Shown piece after piece: positions 11,501 to 23,293 of a DNA stretch of 64,000 bases. Source of the DNA: Heterodontus francisci (lineage: Eukaryota); assembly GCF_036365525.1 (NCBI RefSeq), contig NC_090381.1, forward strand, positions 64,070,950-64,134,949, written 5' to 3'. Position 1 is the first letter of the stretch, and every line of letters starts with the position of its first letter. The notes beneath the pieces are model-generated. The model was not told the DNA's origin. It did no database searches and saw nothing but the letters and a program-made list of their open reading frames with translations. Both the position numbers and the translations under genes were made by a program.

Positions 11501-14500
11501 ACATCTAACCCAGCTAGAGGAATCACATTGTACCCCAGCTGCAATAAACACGGTGTACCCCAGCTAGAGTAAACACGGTGTACCCCAGCTAGAGTAAACA
11601 CGGTGTACCCCAGCTAGAGTAAACACAGTGTATCCCAGCTAGAGTAAACACAGTGTACCCCAGCTAGAGTAAACACATTGCACCCCAGCTACAATAAACA
11701 CGGTGTACCCCATCTGGAGTAAACACGGTGAACCCCAGCTAGAGTAAACACAGTGTATCCCAGCTAGAGTAAACACAATGTACCCCAGCTCGAGTAAACA
11801 CATTGTACCCCAGCTACAATAAACACGGTGTACCCCAGCTAGAGTAAACACGGTGTACCCCAGCTAGAGTAAACACAGTGTATCCCAGCTAGAGTAAACA
11901 CAGTGTACCCCAGCTAGAGTAAACACATTGTACCCCAGCTGCAATAAGCACGGTGTACCACAGCTCAAGTAAACACATCTAACCCAGCTAGAGGAAACAC
12001 ATTGTACCCCAGCTGCAATAAACACGGTGTACCCCAGCTAGAGTAAACACGGTGTACCCCAGCGAGAGTAAACGCATTGTACCCCAGCTAGGGGAAACAC
12101 GCTGTACCCCAGCTTCCGTAAACACGGTGTGCCCCAGCTAGAGTAAACATATTGTACCCCAGCTAGAGTAAACACATTGTACCCCAGCTAGAGTAAACAC
12201 GGTGTATCCCAGCTATAGTAAACACGGTGTACCCCAGCTAGAGTAAACACGATGTATCCCAGCTACAGTAAACACAGTGTACCCCAGCTACAGTAAACAC
12301 GGTGTACCCCATCTAGAGTAAACGCATTGTACCCCAGCTAGAGTAAACACATTGTACCCCAGCCAGAGTAAGCAATTTGTACCCCAGCTAGAGTAAACAT
12401 GGTGTACCCCAGCTAGAGTCAACACAGTGTATCCCAACTACAGTAAACACATTGTACCCCAGCTACAATAGACACATTGTACCCCAGCTACAATAAACCC
12501 AGTGTACCCCAGCTAGAGTAAACACATTGTACCCCAGCTAGAGTCAACACAGTGTATCCCAGGTACAGTAAACACGGTGTACGCTAGTGAGAGTATGCAC
12601 GGTGTACCCCAGCTACAGTAAACACATTGTACCCCAGCTGGAGTCAACACAGTGTATCCCAACGACAGTAAACACATTGTACCCCAGCTACATAGACACA
12701 TTGTACCCCAGCTACAATAAACACATTGTACCCCAGCTACAATAAACACGGTGTATCCCAGCTACAGTAAACACGGTGTATCCCAGCTAGAATCAACACA
12801 GTGTATCCCAACTACAGTAAACACATTGTACCCCAGCTACAATAGACACATTGTACCCCAGCTACAATAAACACATTGTACCCCAGCTACAATAAACACG
12901 GTGTATCCCAGCTAGAGTAAACACATTGTACCCCAGCTACAATAAACACGGTGTATCCCAGCTAGAGTAAACACAGTGTACCACAGCTAGAGTAAACACA
13001 GTGTACCCCAGCTAGAGTAAACACATTGCACCCCAGCTACAATAAACACGGTGTACCCCAGCTAGAGTAAACACAGTGTATCCCATCTAGAGTAAACACA
13101 GTGTACCCCAGCTCGAGTAAACACATTGTACCCCAGCTACCATAAACACGGTGTACCCCAGCTAGAGTAAACACGGTGTACCCCAGCTAGAGTAAACACA
13201 GTGTACCCCAGCTAGAGTAAACACATTGTACCCCAGCTGCAATAAACACGGTGTACCCCAGCTAGAGTAAACACGGTGTAACCCAGCTAGAGTAAACACG
13301 GTGTACCCCAGCTAGAGTAAACACATTGCACCCCAGCTACAATAAACACGGTGTACCCCATCTGGAGTAAACACGGTGAACCCCATCTAGAGTAAACACA
13401 GTGTATCCCAGCTAGAGTAAACACAGTGTACCCCAGCTCGAGTAAACACATTGTACCCCAGCTACAATAAACACTGTGTACCCCAGCTAGAGTAAACACG
13501 GTGTACCCCAGCTAGAGTAAACACAGTGTATCCCAGCTAGAGTAAACACAGTGTACCCCAGCTAGAGTAAACACATTGTACCCCAGCTGCAATAAACACA
13601 GTGTACCCCAGCTAGTGTAAACACAGTGTATCCCAGCTGCAATAAACACGGTGTACCCCAGCTAGAGTAAACACGGTGTAACCCAGCTAGAGTAAATACG
13701 GTGTACCCCAGCTAGAGTAAACACAGTGTATCCCTGCTAGAGTAAACACAGTGTACCCCAGCTAGAGTAAACACAGTGTACCCCAGCTCGAATAAACACA
13801 TTGTACCCCAGCTACAATAAACACGGTGTACCCCAGCTGGAGTAAACACGGTGTAACCCAGCTAGAGTAAACACAGTGTATCCCAGCTCGAGTAAACACA
13901 TTGTACCCCAGCTACAATAAACACGGTGTACCCCAGCTAGAGTAAACACGGTGTACCCCAGCTAGAGTAAACACATTGTACCCCAGCTAGAGTAAACACA
14001 GTGTACCCCAGCTCGAGTAAACACATTGTACCCCAGCTACAATAAAGACGGTGTACCCCAGCTAGAGTAAACACAGTGTACCCCAGCTAGAGTAAACACA
14101 GTGTATCCCAGCTAGAGTAAACACAGTGTATCCCAGCTAGAGTAAACACAGTGTACCCCAGCTAGAGTAAACACATTGCACCCCAGCTACAATAAACACG
14201 GTGTACCCCATCTGGAGTAAACACGGTGTACCCCAGCTAGAGTAAACACAGTGTACCCCAGCTCGAGTAAACACATTGTACCCCAGCTACAATAAACACA
14301 TTGTACCCCAGCTAGAGTAAACACGGTGTACCCCAGCTAGAGTAAACACAGTGTATCCCAGCTAGAGTAAACACAGTGTACCCCAGCTAGAGTAAACACA
14401 TTGTACCCCAGCTGCAATAAGCACGGTGTACCACAGCTCAAGTAAACACATCTAACCCAGCTAGAGGAAACACATTGTACCCCAGCTGCAATAAACACGG

Positions 14501-16784
14501 TGTACCCCAGCTAGTGTAAACACAGTGTATCCCAGCTGCAGTAAACACATTGTACCCCAGCTACAGTAAACACGGTGTACCCCAGCTAGAGTAAACACAT
14601 TGCACCCCAGATACAATAAACATGGTGTACCCCATCTGGAGTAAACACAGTGTATCCCAGCTAGAGTAAACACAGTGTATCCCAGCTACAATAAACACAG
14701 TGTACCCCAGCTAGAGTAAACACATTGCACCCCAGATACAATAAACATGGTGTACCCCATCTGGAGTAAACACGGTGAACCCCAGCTGGAGTAAACACAG
14801 TGTATCCCAGCTAGAGTAAACACAGTGGACCCCAGCTAGAGTAAACACATTGTACCCCAGCTGCAATAAACACAGTGTACCCCAGCTAGTGTAAACACAG
14901 TGTATCCCAGCTGCAATAAACACGGTGTACCCCAGCTAGAGTAAACACGGTGTAACCCAGCTAGAGTAAACACGGTGTACCCCAGCTAGAGTAAACACAG
15001 TGTATCCCTGCTAGAGTAAACACAGTGTACCCCAGCTAGAGTAAACACAGTGTACCCCAGCTCGAATAAACACATTGTACCCCAGCTACAATAAACACGG
15101 TGTACCCCAGCTGGAGTAAACACGGTGTAACCCAGCTAGAGTAAACACAGTGTATCCCAGCTACAGTAAACACATTGTACCCCAGCTACAGTAAACATAG
15201 TGTACCCCAGCTAGAGTAAACACATTGCACCCCAGCTACAATAAACACGGTGTACCCCATCTGGAGAAAACACGGTGAACCCCAGCTCGAGTAAACACAG
15301 TGTATCCCAGCTAGAGTAAACACAGTGTGCCCCAGCTCGAGTAAACACATTGTACCCCAACTACAATAAACACGGTGTACCCCAGCTAGAGTAAACACGG
15401 TGTACCCCAGCTAGAGTAAACACATTGTACCCCAGCTAGAGTAAACACAGTGTACCCCAGCTCGAGTAAACACATTGTACCCCAGCTACAATAAAGACGG
15501 TGTACCCCAGCTAGAGTAAACACAGTGTACCCCAGCTAGAGTAAACACAGTGTATCCCAGCTAGAGTAAACACAGTGTACCCCAGCTAGAGTAAACACAT
15601 TGCACCCCAGCTACAATAAACACGGTGTACCCCATCTGGAGTAAACACGGTGTACCCCAGCTCGAGTAAACACAGTGTATCCCAGCTAGAGTAAACACAG
15701 TGTACCCCAGCTCGAGTAAACACATTGTACCCCAGCTACAATAAACACATTGTACCCCAGCTAGAGTAAACACGGTGTACCCCAGCTAGAGTAAACACAG
15801 TGTATCCCAGCTAGAGTAAACACAGTGTACCCCAGCTAGAGTAAACACAGTGTACCCCAGCTAGAGTAAACACATTGTACCCCAGCTGCAATAAGCACGG
15901 TGTACCACAGCTCAAGTAAACACATCTAACCCAGCTAGAGGAAACACATTGTACCCCAGCTGCAATAAACACGGTGTACCCCAGCTAGTGTAAACACAGT
16001 GTATCCCAGCTGCAGTAAACACATTGTACCCCAGCTACAGTAAACACGGTGTACCCCAGCTAGAGTAAACACATTGCACCCCAGATACAATAAACATGGT
16101 GTACCCCATCTGGAGTAAACACGGTGAACCCCAGCTGGAGTAAACACAGTGTATCCCAGCTAGAGTAAACACAGTGTATCCCAGCTACAATAAACACAGT
16201 GTACCCCAGCTAGAGTAAACACATTGCACCCCAGATACAATAAACATGGTGTACCCCATCTGGAGTAAACACGGTGAACCCCAGCTGGAGTAAACACAGT
16301 GTATCCCAGCTAGAGTAAACACAGTGTACCCCAGCTAGAGTAAACACAGTGTATCCCAGCTAGAGTAAACACAGTGTACCCCAGCTAGAGTAAACACATT
16401 GTACCCCAGCTGCAATAAGCACGGTGTACCCCAGCCCAAGTAAACACATCTAACCCAGCTAGAGGAAACACATTGTACCCCAGCTGCAATAAACACGGTG
16501 TACCCCAGCTAGAGTAAACACAGTGTACCCCAGCTAAAGTAAACACATTGTACCCCAGCTACAGTAAACACGGTGTACCCCAGCTAGAGTAAACACGGTG
16601 TGCCCCAGCTACAATGAACACGGTGTACCCCAGCTAGAGTAAACACTGTGTACCCCAGCTAGAGTAAACACATTGTACCCCAGCTACAATAAACACGGTG
16701 TACCCCAGCTAGAGTTAACACACTGTGCCCCAGCTAGAGTTAACACATTGTACCCCCGCTTCAGTAAGCTTGGTGTACCCCAGC
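8563..16784. repeat. 25-bp tandem minisatellite/satellite array, about 330 units, consensus AGAGTAAACAC(A/G)(G/T)TGTA(C/T)CCCAGCT
   Basis: A 25-bp period is directly visible over 8.2 kb. Variant units (ctacaat, ctgcaat, ctggagt, ctcgagt, 23-24-bp deletion units) recur in blocks, and the edges are more diverged than the centre. Confidence 0.99.
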
Positions 16785-16857
16785 ATGAATCAGAATCTTC
16801 ACGGAACAAGGGAGAAAAATGAAAAACAAAAGATGTTTTTCCTATTTATGTCACATT

Positions 16858-17150
16858 GGGCTAAAAATTTGTGTGCCCTGGTTTGTGGGCGCTGGGGTCT
16901 GAATTTGCAACCTGCCCACTCCGGTTCTGATTGAAGTGGACAGCATGCAAATTTGGTACATCCACCTCATCTGAATGATTATACAGCATGGCCGAGCAGG
17001 TTCTGCACTGCTTTCTTCTTTGTGCTGCCAGCTGCCTCTGCACTCTGCAGGGGGCTGAGCAGCATTGTGCAGATACCACGTGCTGCAGCCAACCTGCTCT
17101 TTTTAAAGGCAGGCTGTCTCTCTTAAGGGGAAGCTGCACTGAATAGTATT
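16858..17150. mobile_element. Harbinger-related non-autonomous element end (MITE-like)
   Basis: Begins GGGCTAAAAATTT. The internal ttaaaggcaggctg..tctcttaagggga block is the reverse complement of a similar block at ~1672-1710 next to the Myb relic. Confidence 0.4.
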
Positions 17151-17159
17151 GGTGAAATT

Positions 17160-18130
17160 CATCCATTCCCTTTTGAAAGTTATTCCACCATTCTTTCAGG
17201 CAGTGCATTCCAGATCATAACAACTTACTGCATAAAAAATGTTTCTACATGTCATCCCTGATACAAGGTCCTTAAAATTTAAATCCTCTGGTTACTGGCT
17301 CTCTGCCACAGGAAAAAGCAGCTCCTTATTTACTCGAGGAAAACTTTTCAAGATTTTGAAAACCTCTAACAAATCTTCTCCTAATCTGTTCCTATAGCAC
17401 TTTAAAATTGTACCATTCATTTTATATTGCTCTCCTCATTCTTCCTCACAAAATGCATCACGTCACACTTCTCTGTGTTAAATTTCATGTGTCATGTGTC
17501 TGCCCATTTCACTAGTCTGTTTATTTCCTCCTGAAGTCTATTACTATCCCCCTCACTGTATACTACATTTCCAAGTTTTGTGTCATCTGCAAACTTTGAA
17601 ATTATGCCCTGCATACACAAATCCAGGTCATTAATATATATCAAAAAGAGCAGTAGTCCCAACTCTGAGGGATGCCACTGCACACATCCCTCCAGTCTGA
17701 AAAAACTGTTCACCACTACTCTCTGCTTTTTGTCAGTTAGCCAAGTTTATATCCATGTAGCTACAGCCTCCTTAATCCCATGGGTTTCAATTCTGGAAAC
17801 AAGCCTATTATGTCAGGGGAAGGTTCTTTACCCAGAGAGTGGTCGGGGCATGGAATGCCTTGCCTGGGGAAGTTGTTGAGTCAGAAACTTTAGGGACTTT
17901 CAAACGGCTTTTAGATAGGTATATGGATAAAGGAGAATGATGGGGTATAGATTAAATTGTCCTTGACAGAGGACAAAGGATCGGCACAACATCGTGGGCC
18001 GAAGGGCCTGTTCTGTGCTGTATTTTTCTATGTTCTATGTTCTATGTGGTACTTTATCAAGTGCCTTTTGAAAGTCTATATACACAAAATCAACCACTCT
18101 ACTCTCATCAACTCTCTCCATTACTTCATC
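17160..18130 (-). mobile_element. CR1 LINE fragment, interrupted by the insertion at 17814-18047
   Basis: Minus ORFs FLIYINDLD...SKFADDTKLG and VDFVYIDFQKALDKVPH. Confidence 0.9.
17814..18047 (+). mobile_element. Short 5'-truncated CR1 3' end with (TTCTATG)n tail, nested antisense in an older CR1
   Basis: FFTQRVVGAWNALP coding, the GGGCCGAAGGGCCTGTT 3' motif, and TATGT duplicated at 17809-17813 and 18043-18047. Confidence 0.9.
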
Positions 18131-18399
18131 ATAGAAGTACGTGGAAACCTTTCCTTTGTGGGGCCAGAAGGTACCTTCTATCTGGCGAGCCTTTCTTTGG
18201 TGCCAGCTAGTGGTCTCCAGCAGCCCAAACTTCTGTTGCTGCTTGCTAGCCAGCTGCTGCCTGCCGCCTCTTTTGTACGGCCAACTGACTGGCAGGATGC
18301 AGATGAGGCCTGGAGGGTGAAACACCCTGGGTCTAGATCCAGGACTATGAGTATGTTTTGCCCTTCACCAGCCCAAAATTTGCTGGGAGCTAAAATTGA

Positions 18400-18740
18400 C
18401 CTTGTTGTCTATGCTGAGTTATTTGATCACAGCCAGCATGGTGGGAGAAGAGCTGAAGTTGGTCTCAATGCCCCTGAGCTAGTAAGAAAATCAGTAAGGT
18501 TTTCATTCATGATTATTATCCTGTGACCCCTGCTGGAAGTGCACATGTGAATATGAGAATGGGTTTGGGCTTGCAACGTTCAAATAGCGTGGCAACATTC
18601 AGGACCTAGGTTCATCCCAAGAAAATGGCTTCTTGCTGGGTTACCAGAGGGCATCCAGTACCCATAGAACCTTACTCAGCGAGCAGTCAACAGTTTCAAT
18701 GGAAGGCAAGAGGTAGGGACAAGGAAGAATAGAAAGAAAT
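18400..18740 (+). mobile_element. Second, unexpanded copy of the old SINE-like family that hosts the 25-bp array
   Basis: Colinear anchors with 8280-8575, and a single CAGCGAGCAGTCAACA at 18677-18692 where the other copy has the array. Confidence 0.6.
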
Positions 18741-18871
18741 TTAAGAATTGATTTGCACTTTTTACATTGTTCTACAGTAACAAATAAAAGGGTGAAGTGT
18801 TGTCCTAGACTCCTGTACAGTACACAGTGCAAGAAAGGTAACGTTTTACTGCTGTTGCATTCTCTAACATC

Positions 18872-19216
18872 TCGGGTTGCTAACCTGCCAGATTATCCTG
18901 GAATCTCCCGCACAGTGCTGCAAGCTACCCGGGAGAAGAATATTTTTTTTTTAATTGGATGTTCTTCAATTTTCTTTGAAGACTTTTGTTTATTTGTTAT
19001 AAAAACACTTGGGGAAAGGGGGGAGGGGGTGGGAAAGGCTGTTTGATTGACAGTTAATCATCTGTTCACTTTCCAATTGGGCTGGGAAGGTGGTGCATTG
19101 CGAGGATGGATGTGTCAGGGTGACCAATGCCGGGACCATGATGGTGAGGCGGTTAAAGGTGGGAGGTCATGCAATGAAGTCTCCGAGAATATGTCCAAAC
19201 AGAGTTGGCAACTCCA
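18872..19216. mobile_element. Non-autonomous DNA transposon relic (hAT-like termini)
   Basis: Imperfect terminal inverted repeats GGGTTGCTAACC...AGTTGGCAACTCC. No clean TSD seen. Confidence 0.4.
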
Positions 19217-19350
19217 CAACTGAACGTTTAGTCCACTGTTCTGGAAACTTACCTCTCAGGCTTTGCAGCAAAATCTGGAAGCATTCCACAGAGAAGCAGT
19301 TTATCTGGTCAAAATGGCACATAGTGATTCCTTAAGACAGCTCTTTCATA

Positions 19351-20091
19351 GGCGGGAATTTTTTGCCCTCCCACCCCCACCCAGGAGCAGGCTGGGAGTC
19401 GGGGGAGTATGGTAAAATCGAGTGGGAGGTGGCGGTGCCATTCCCGTTGCCTACCTGACCCCCCTGCTATTGTACCAGTGGCGGGGGAGGTGGAAAATTG
19501 CCTGCTCACCCCAGGCCATTTGAAACCCTTAAGTGGCCAATTAGTTGCCACTTAAGGGCCTCCGCCCATCACCACACGGTCACTTCAGCACCTGAGGAGG
19601 CTGTGCAATAATACCTAGTGGCCTCATTATGGGCTGGGGGGGGTCCTCCTTATGGGGCACTCTGTGCCCCATGGAGGGCACCCCCAGCAGCACGGGCCAC
19701 CCCCACTAAAAGTAACCCTCATGCTCTACAGTCCGACCCCACCCTCCCTCACGGAGGCCCAGCCAATTGTCCCTGAGGAGGCTCGATCCTCACTTCCTTT
19801 TTGGAGGCTGGCATCAAGGTCCTCTTCTGGCTGGGTGCAGTCCCAGCAGTGGCCACTGTTCCCGGTGACGCTGCTTGGACTGAGGAGCTGCTGGCCCTCT
19901 GATTGGCCAGCAGCTCTTGGAGGTGGGACTTCCTGCCTCTGGCTGGGGGTGGGGTGTAGTCCCGAATGAGGCCAATTAAGGGCCTGGACCACGCAAGATT
20001 GCTGAATGGCTTCCAGGCCTGGTGGAGAAGGGCTCTCCCTGGACTTTTCAGCTGGTGGGTGGGGCCACCGCCACAACATAAAATTCCGGCC
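19351..20091. mobile_element. GC-rich MITE with Harbinger-like termini
   Basis: TIRs GGCGGGAATTTT...AAAATTCCGGCC, a 3-bp flanking duplication ATA (19348-50 and 20092-94), and an internal palindrome CCCTTAAGTGGC...GCCACTTAAGGG. Confidence 0.75.
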
Positions 20092-20094
20092 ATA

Positions 20095-20786
20095 GGTGAT
20101 TATCCCGTCTCCGCCTGGCCTGGGGATCCAGGTCACATTTTATGGTTCCTAGGCCCTTAATTGGTCTGAGGCGGGGCTTCCACCTCATTGATGCAGGAAG
20201 TCCCACCTAATGGAGCTGCTGGCCAATCAGCGAGCCGGCAGCTCTTAGTCCCAGCAGAGTCACTGGGAGTGTTGGCCACTACTGGGACTGCAACCCAACA
20301 TCAACAAGAAGAGGAAGGACACCCTGGGAAAAGGTAAGTTTTTGTGGCCTAGCCGGGGATGATCGGTCAGATCCTGGCGAGGCAAAGGTGGTCAATTGGG
20401 TGGATGGTGGGGGGGGGGTGCGTGTTGGGGGTGTTTGGGACATTGGGGGCAGCCCACTGTTGGGCTCCTGGTACCTGATGATGAGGGCCCCCCACCAGAC
20501 CGTCAGAAAGTCGCCTGCTTTTGTCAGGAGGCTTTTCTCAGGTCTTGGCTGCCCGACCAGCCAAGAGTAAAATCACTGTGGTGGCAGGTGGAGGCCCTTA
20601 AGTGGCTGTTAACGGGCCACTTAAGGACCTCGATTGGCCTGGGGCGGGCGGGCCAGTCTTGGCCGTCACTGCCCCATGTAAAATGGCAGCAGAGGTGGGA
20701 GCAGGTCGGGAAAGGCCCCCCGAGCCTCCCAGTCCATTTTACGCCCCCCACCACCCCGCTGTTTTGGGGGGCATAAAATTCTGGCC
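20095..20786. mobile_element. Second MITE of the same family, in opposite orientation
   Basis: Ends AAAATTCTGGCC. Internal blocks are reverse complements of those in 19351-20091. Confidence 0.7.
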
Positions 20787-22952
20787 ATCGTGTCAAAAAT
20801 ATCACACTATGTTCAGGTACTGAACCCAAAACATGTTTCGTTCACATGTACAGCACTGGAGCAAGATGAAACTTTTGTCCCAAGTGTTTGCTTGATGGAT
20901 CAGAAATCCGCCAACAAAAAAAAGGCTTGTCGTTCTCTGAAATCTTTATTCATGTTTGTAATGTTAACTTGGTTGTTGTTCAGCCAGGACAGGCACAATT
21001 ATCTGTTTTCTGAATAAAATGTAATATTGCTTTACTTTTTCTTCTTATGCTATGACAAAAACACATTTTCTTATGATTTAATTATTATTTAATTGCATTC
21101 TGCTAAAATTAAAAATAATTAAATTGCAGAATCACAGCTTTAATGCATGTTTTTGTTTTGCAATGTTTTCCAATTGCTCCCCTCCTCCCTCTTAGTAAGT
21201 AGAATTATAAGGGTAAATTTAACTATTGGCGATGATGTAACGGATGATATTGGATTGGTCACCTCTTATATAGGCTGCCTATTTTTTCTTTCCATTAAAG
21301 TCAATCCCATTGTGCACTTCAAGTTAAAATCACGTCTCTTATGTAGGAAGCTAGGTGAAAGCCCGAATCCTACTATTCTGGAGTGCAGCATGTTGAAGCT
21401 ACAAGAAACTGGCAACTGTTAGGAAAATATAAGCCCTGGATGCCCAGTCATGAATATAACAAGGATTATTGAAAACCTGATAAGGGCACTAAAAGTAAAT
21501 CCCTGTATTTTTATAAAGCAATCTGTCAAGACCCTCAGTACAGAACACATTCTACAATCTCCTAAAATCGCAATAAAAATGGAGGTGAGAATGACAGCTG
21601 CCCTTATAAAGTATATGAAGAGACAGGCACTAGAACATGGTGAACTTTACAGAACAGGGTTATAGTTATAGCATTCTCTGATTGTCATGAGTAACCATTC
21701 TGCAATAATTAATCAACTGATTTCTATCAAATCATTGTAAGGCAGTTGACGCCATGATACCAATGGCAGGGTTCCATTGCATTTTTCTAGCAGATTATGA
21801 AATATTTTCTATTTTACTGTAAATTTGAAGATATGTTACCAATGCAGAAATGTACTGTACTCAATTAGTCTAGACATGCAACCAACAGATGTGTATCCAG
21901 ACATATACCCAAGAACAACCATGTCTTATTTCTTTTGTGCAAAGCTTATTTCAACATTTTGAGGTAAAAGCAACTCAAAGAATTGTAATAATGTCTATTG
22001 CCACAATAAGTGGTTTCATTTCACTATTGTTTTTGTCATGACACTATGGGGTAGATTTTTGTTGGCATTCTGGATTGATCATCCATTATCGAAACTGCCC
22101 AATTTTATTTTCCCTTCATTTCAAAGAAAGTGAAAATCAGCCAGTTTCTATCATAGGCCGCTGATCCACAAAACCAGTTTTATGCCAGGTGGCAAGTTTG
22201 AAATTGATCCCTACAGATCGCTACAGGCCATAGAATAGAATAAAATAGTGAATAATTTTGATCAATATCAGAAATATTGGGGAAAAAGTTTCCTCTGGCC
22301 TCTGTAAATTAATAAAACTGTAAACAATGAACAAATTTACAATGTTCAGTATTTTTAGCAAAATCAGTATAGCATTCCAATAGAACATTTGGAGATTTTA
22401 CTAGAATCAGTGATCAGAGGAAATATTCCTAATGTATATTGTCCAGGGAAAATCGCCTCCCTTTGAATTCCAGCATCAATAATTCCCTAATTTTATGTGT
22501 ATTTGTGTGTTTGTGTTGATAGTTATATACATTTTTTTCTTAAAAGTTCATTATAGTTGATGGACATTATAACAGTGTGATTGGTGCTCTAAAAACCCAA
22601 GTACCACAAGAGCAGGCCATGTTTTCCAGCTGCAATTTTCTAAGTAGGATATTTCCTAGTGTCTGAAACATTGGAGGTCAGGCACTTTCCAATAAGTGAA
22701 GGGATTGGAATCAGCTAATAGTGACTGACTCAGAACAATATAAAATAAGTCTTTGAAGCAGATTATTTCATGGCCTGCTATGTTCCGACACAATTTACTG
22801 TTAGGAGGCATTACTGCATGTTGGAATAGCACCGAGCTAATCTTAGTATTGTGATCATAGTCCTGATGACACATGTTAATTTACAGACAACCCATTTTAT
22901 AGAAATATTGATCTCACTCTCCATTTGGATGGATATAGCTGACATAAACAAT

Positions 22953-23293
22953 CTTTCTTTCTTCTTTTGGGCCTCCTTATCTCGAGAGACAATGGATACG
23001 CGCCTGGAGGTGGTCAGTGGTTTGTGAAGCAGCGCCTGGAGTGGCTATAAAGGCCAATTCTGGAGTGACAGGCTCTTCCACAGGTGCTGCAGAGAAATTT
23101 GTTTGTTGGGGCTGTTGCACAGTTGGCTCTCCCCTTGCGCCTCTGTCTTTTTTCCTGCCAACTACTAAGTCTCTTCGACTCGCCACAATTTAGCCCTGTC
23201 TTTATGGCTGCCCGCCAGCTCTGGCGAATGCTGGCAACTGACTCCCACGACTTGTGATCAATGTCACACGATTTCATGTCGCGTTTGCAGACG
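22953..23293 (-). mobile_element. 5'-truncated RTE-clade LINE (3' end)
   Basis: Uninterrupted C-terminus ...FLCSTCGRACHSRIGLYSHSRRC, a short 3' UTR, a (GAA/GAAA)n tail, and TSD TAAACAAT at 22945-52 and 23294-301. Confidence 0.85.

Noticed and set aside
8392-16147. Repeated ~70-aa minus-strand ORFs (MFTLAGVHRVYCSWG...)
   Set aside because: These arise from a 25-bp period cycling through reading frames. They have non-ATG starts, frequent stops and no splice evidence.
8563-16784. CRISPR array (GTGTACCCC...TAAAC superficially recalls type I-E repeats)
   Set aside because: The units are contiguous with no unique spacers, there are no cas genes, and the context is eukaryotic.
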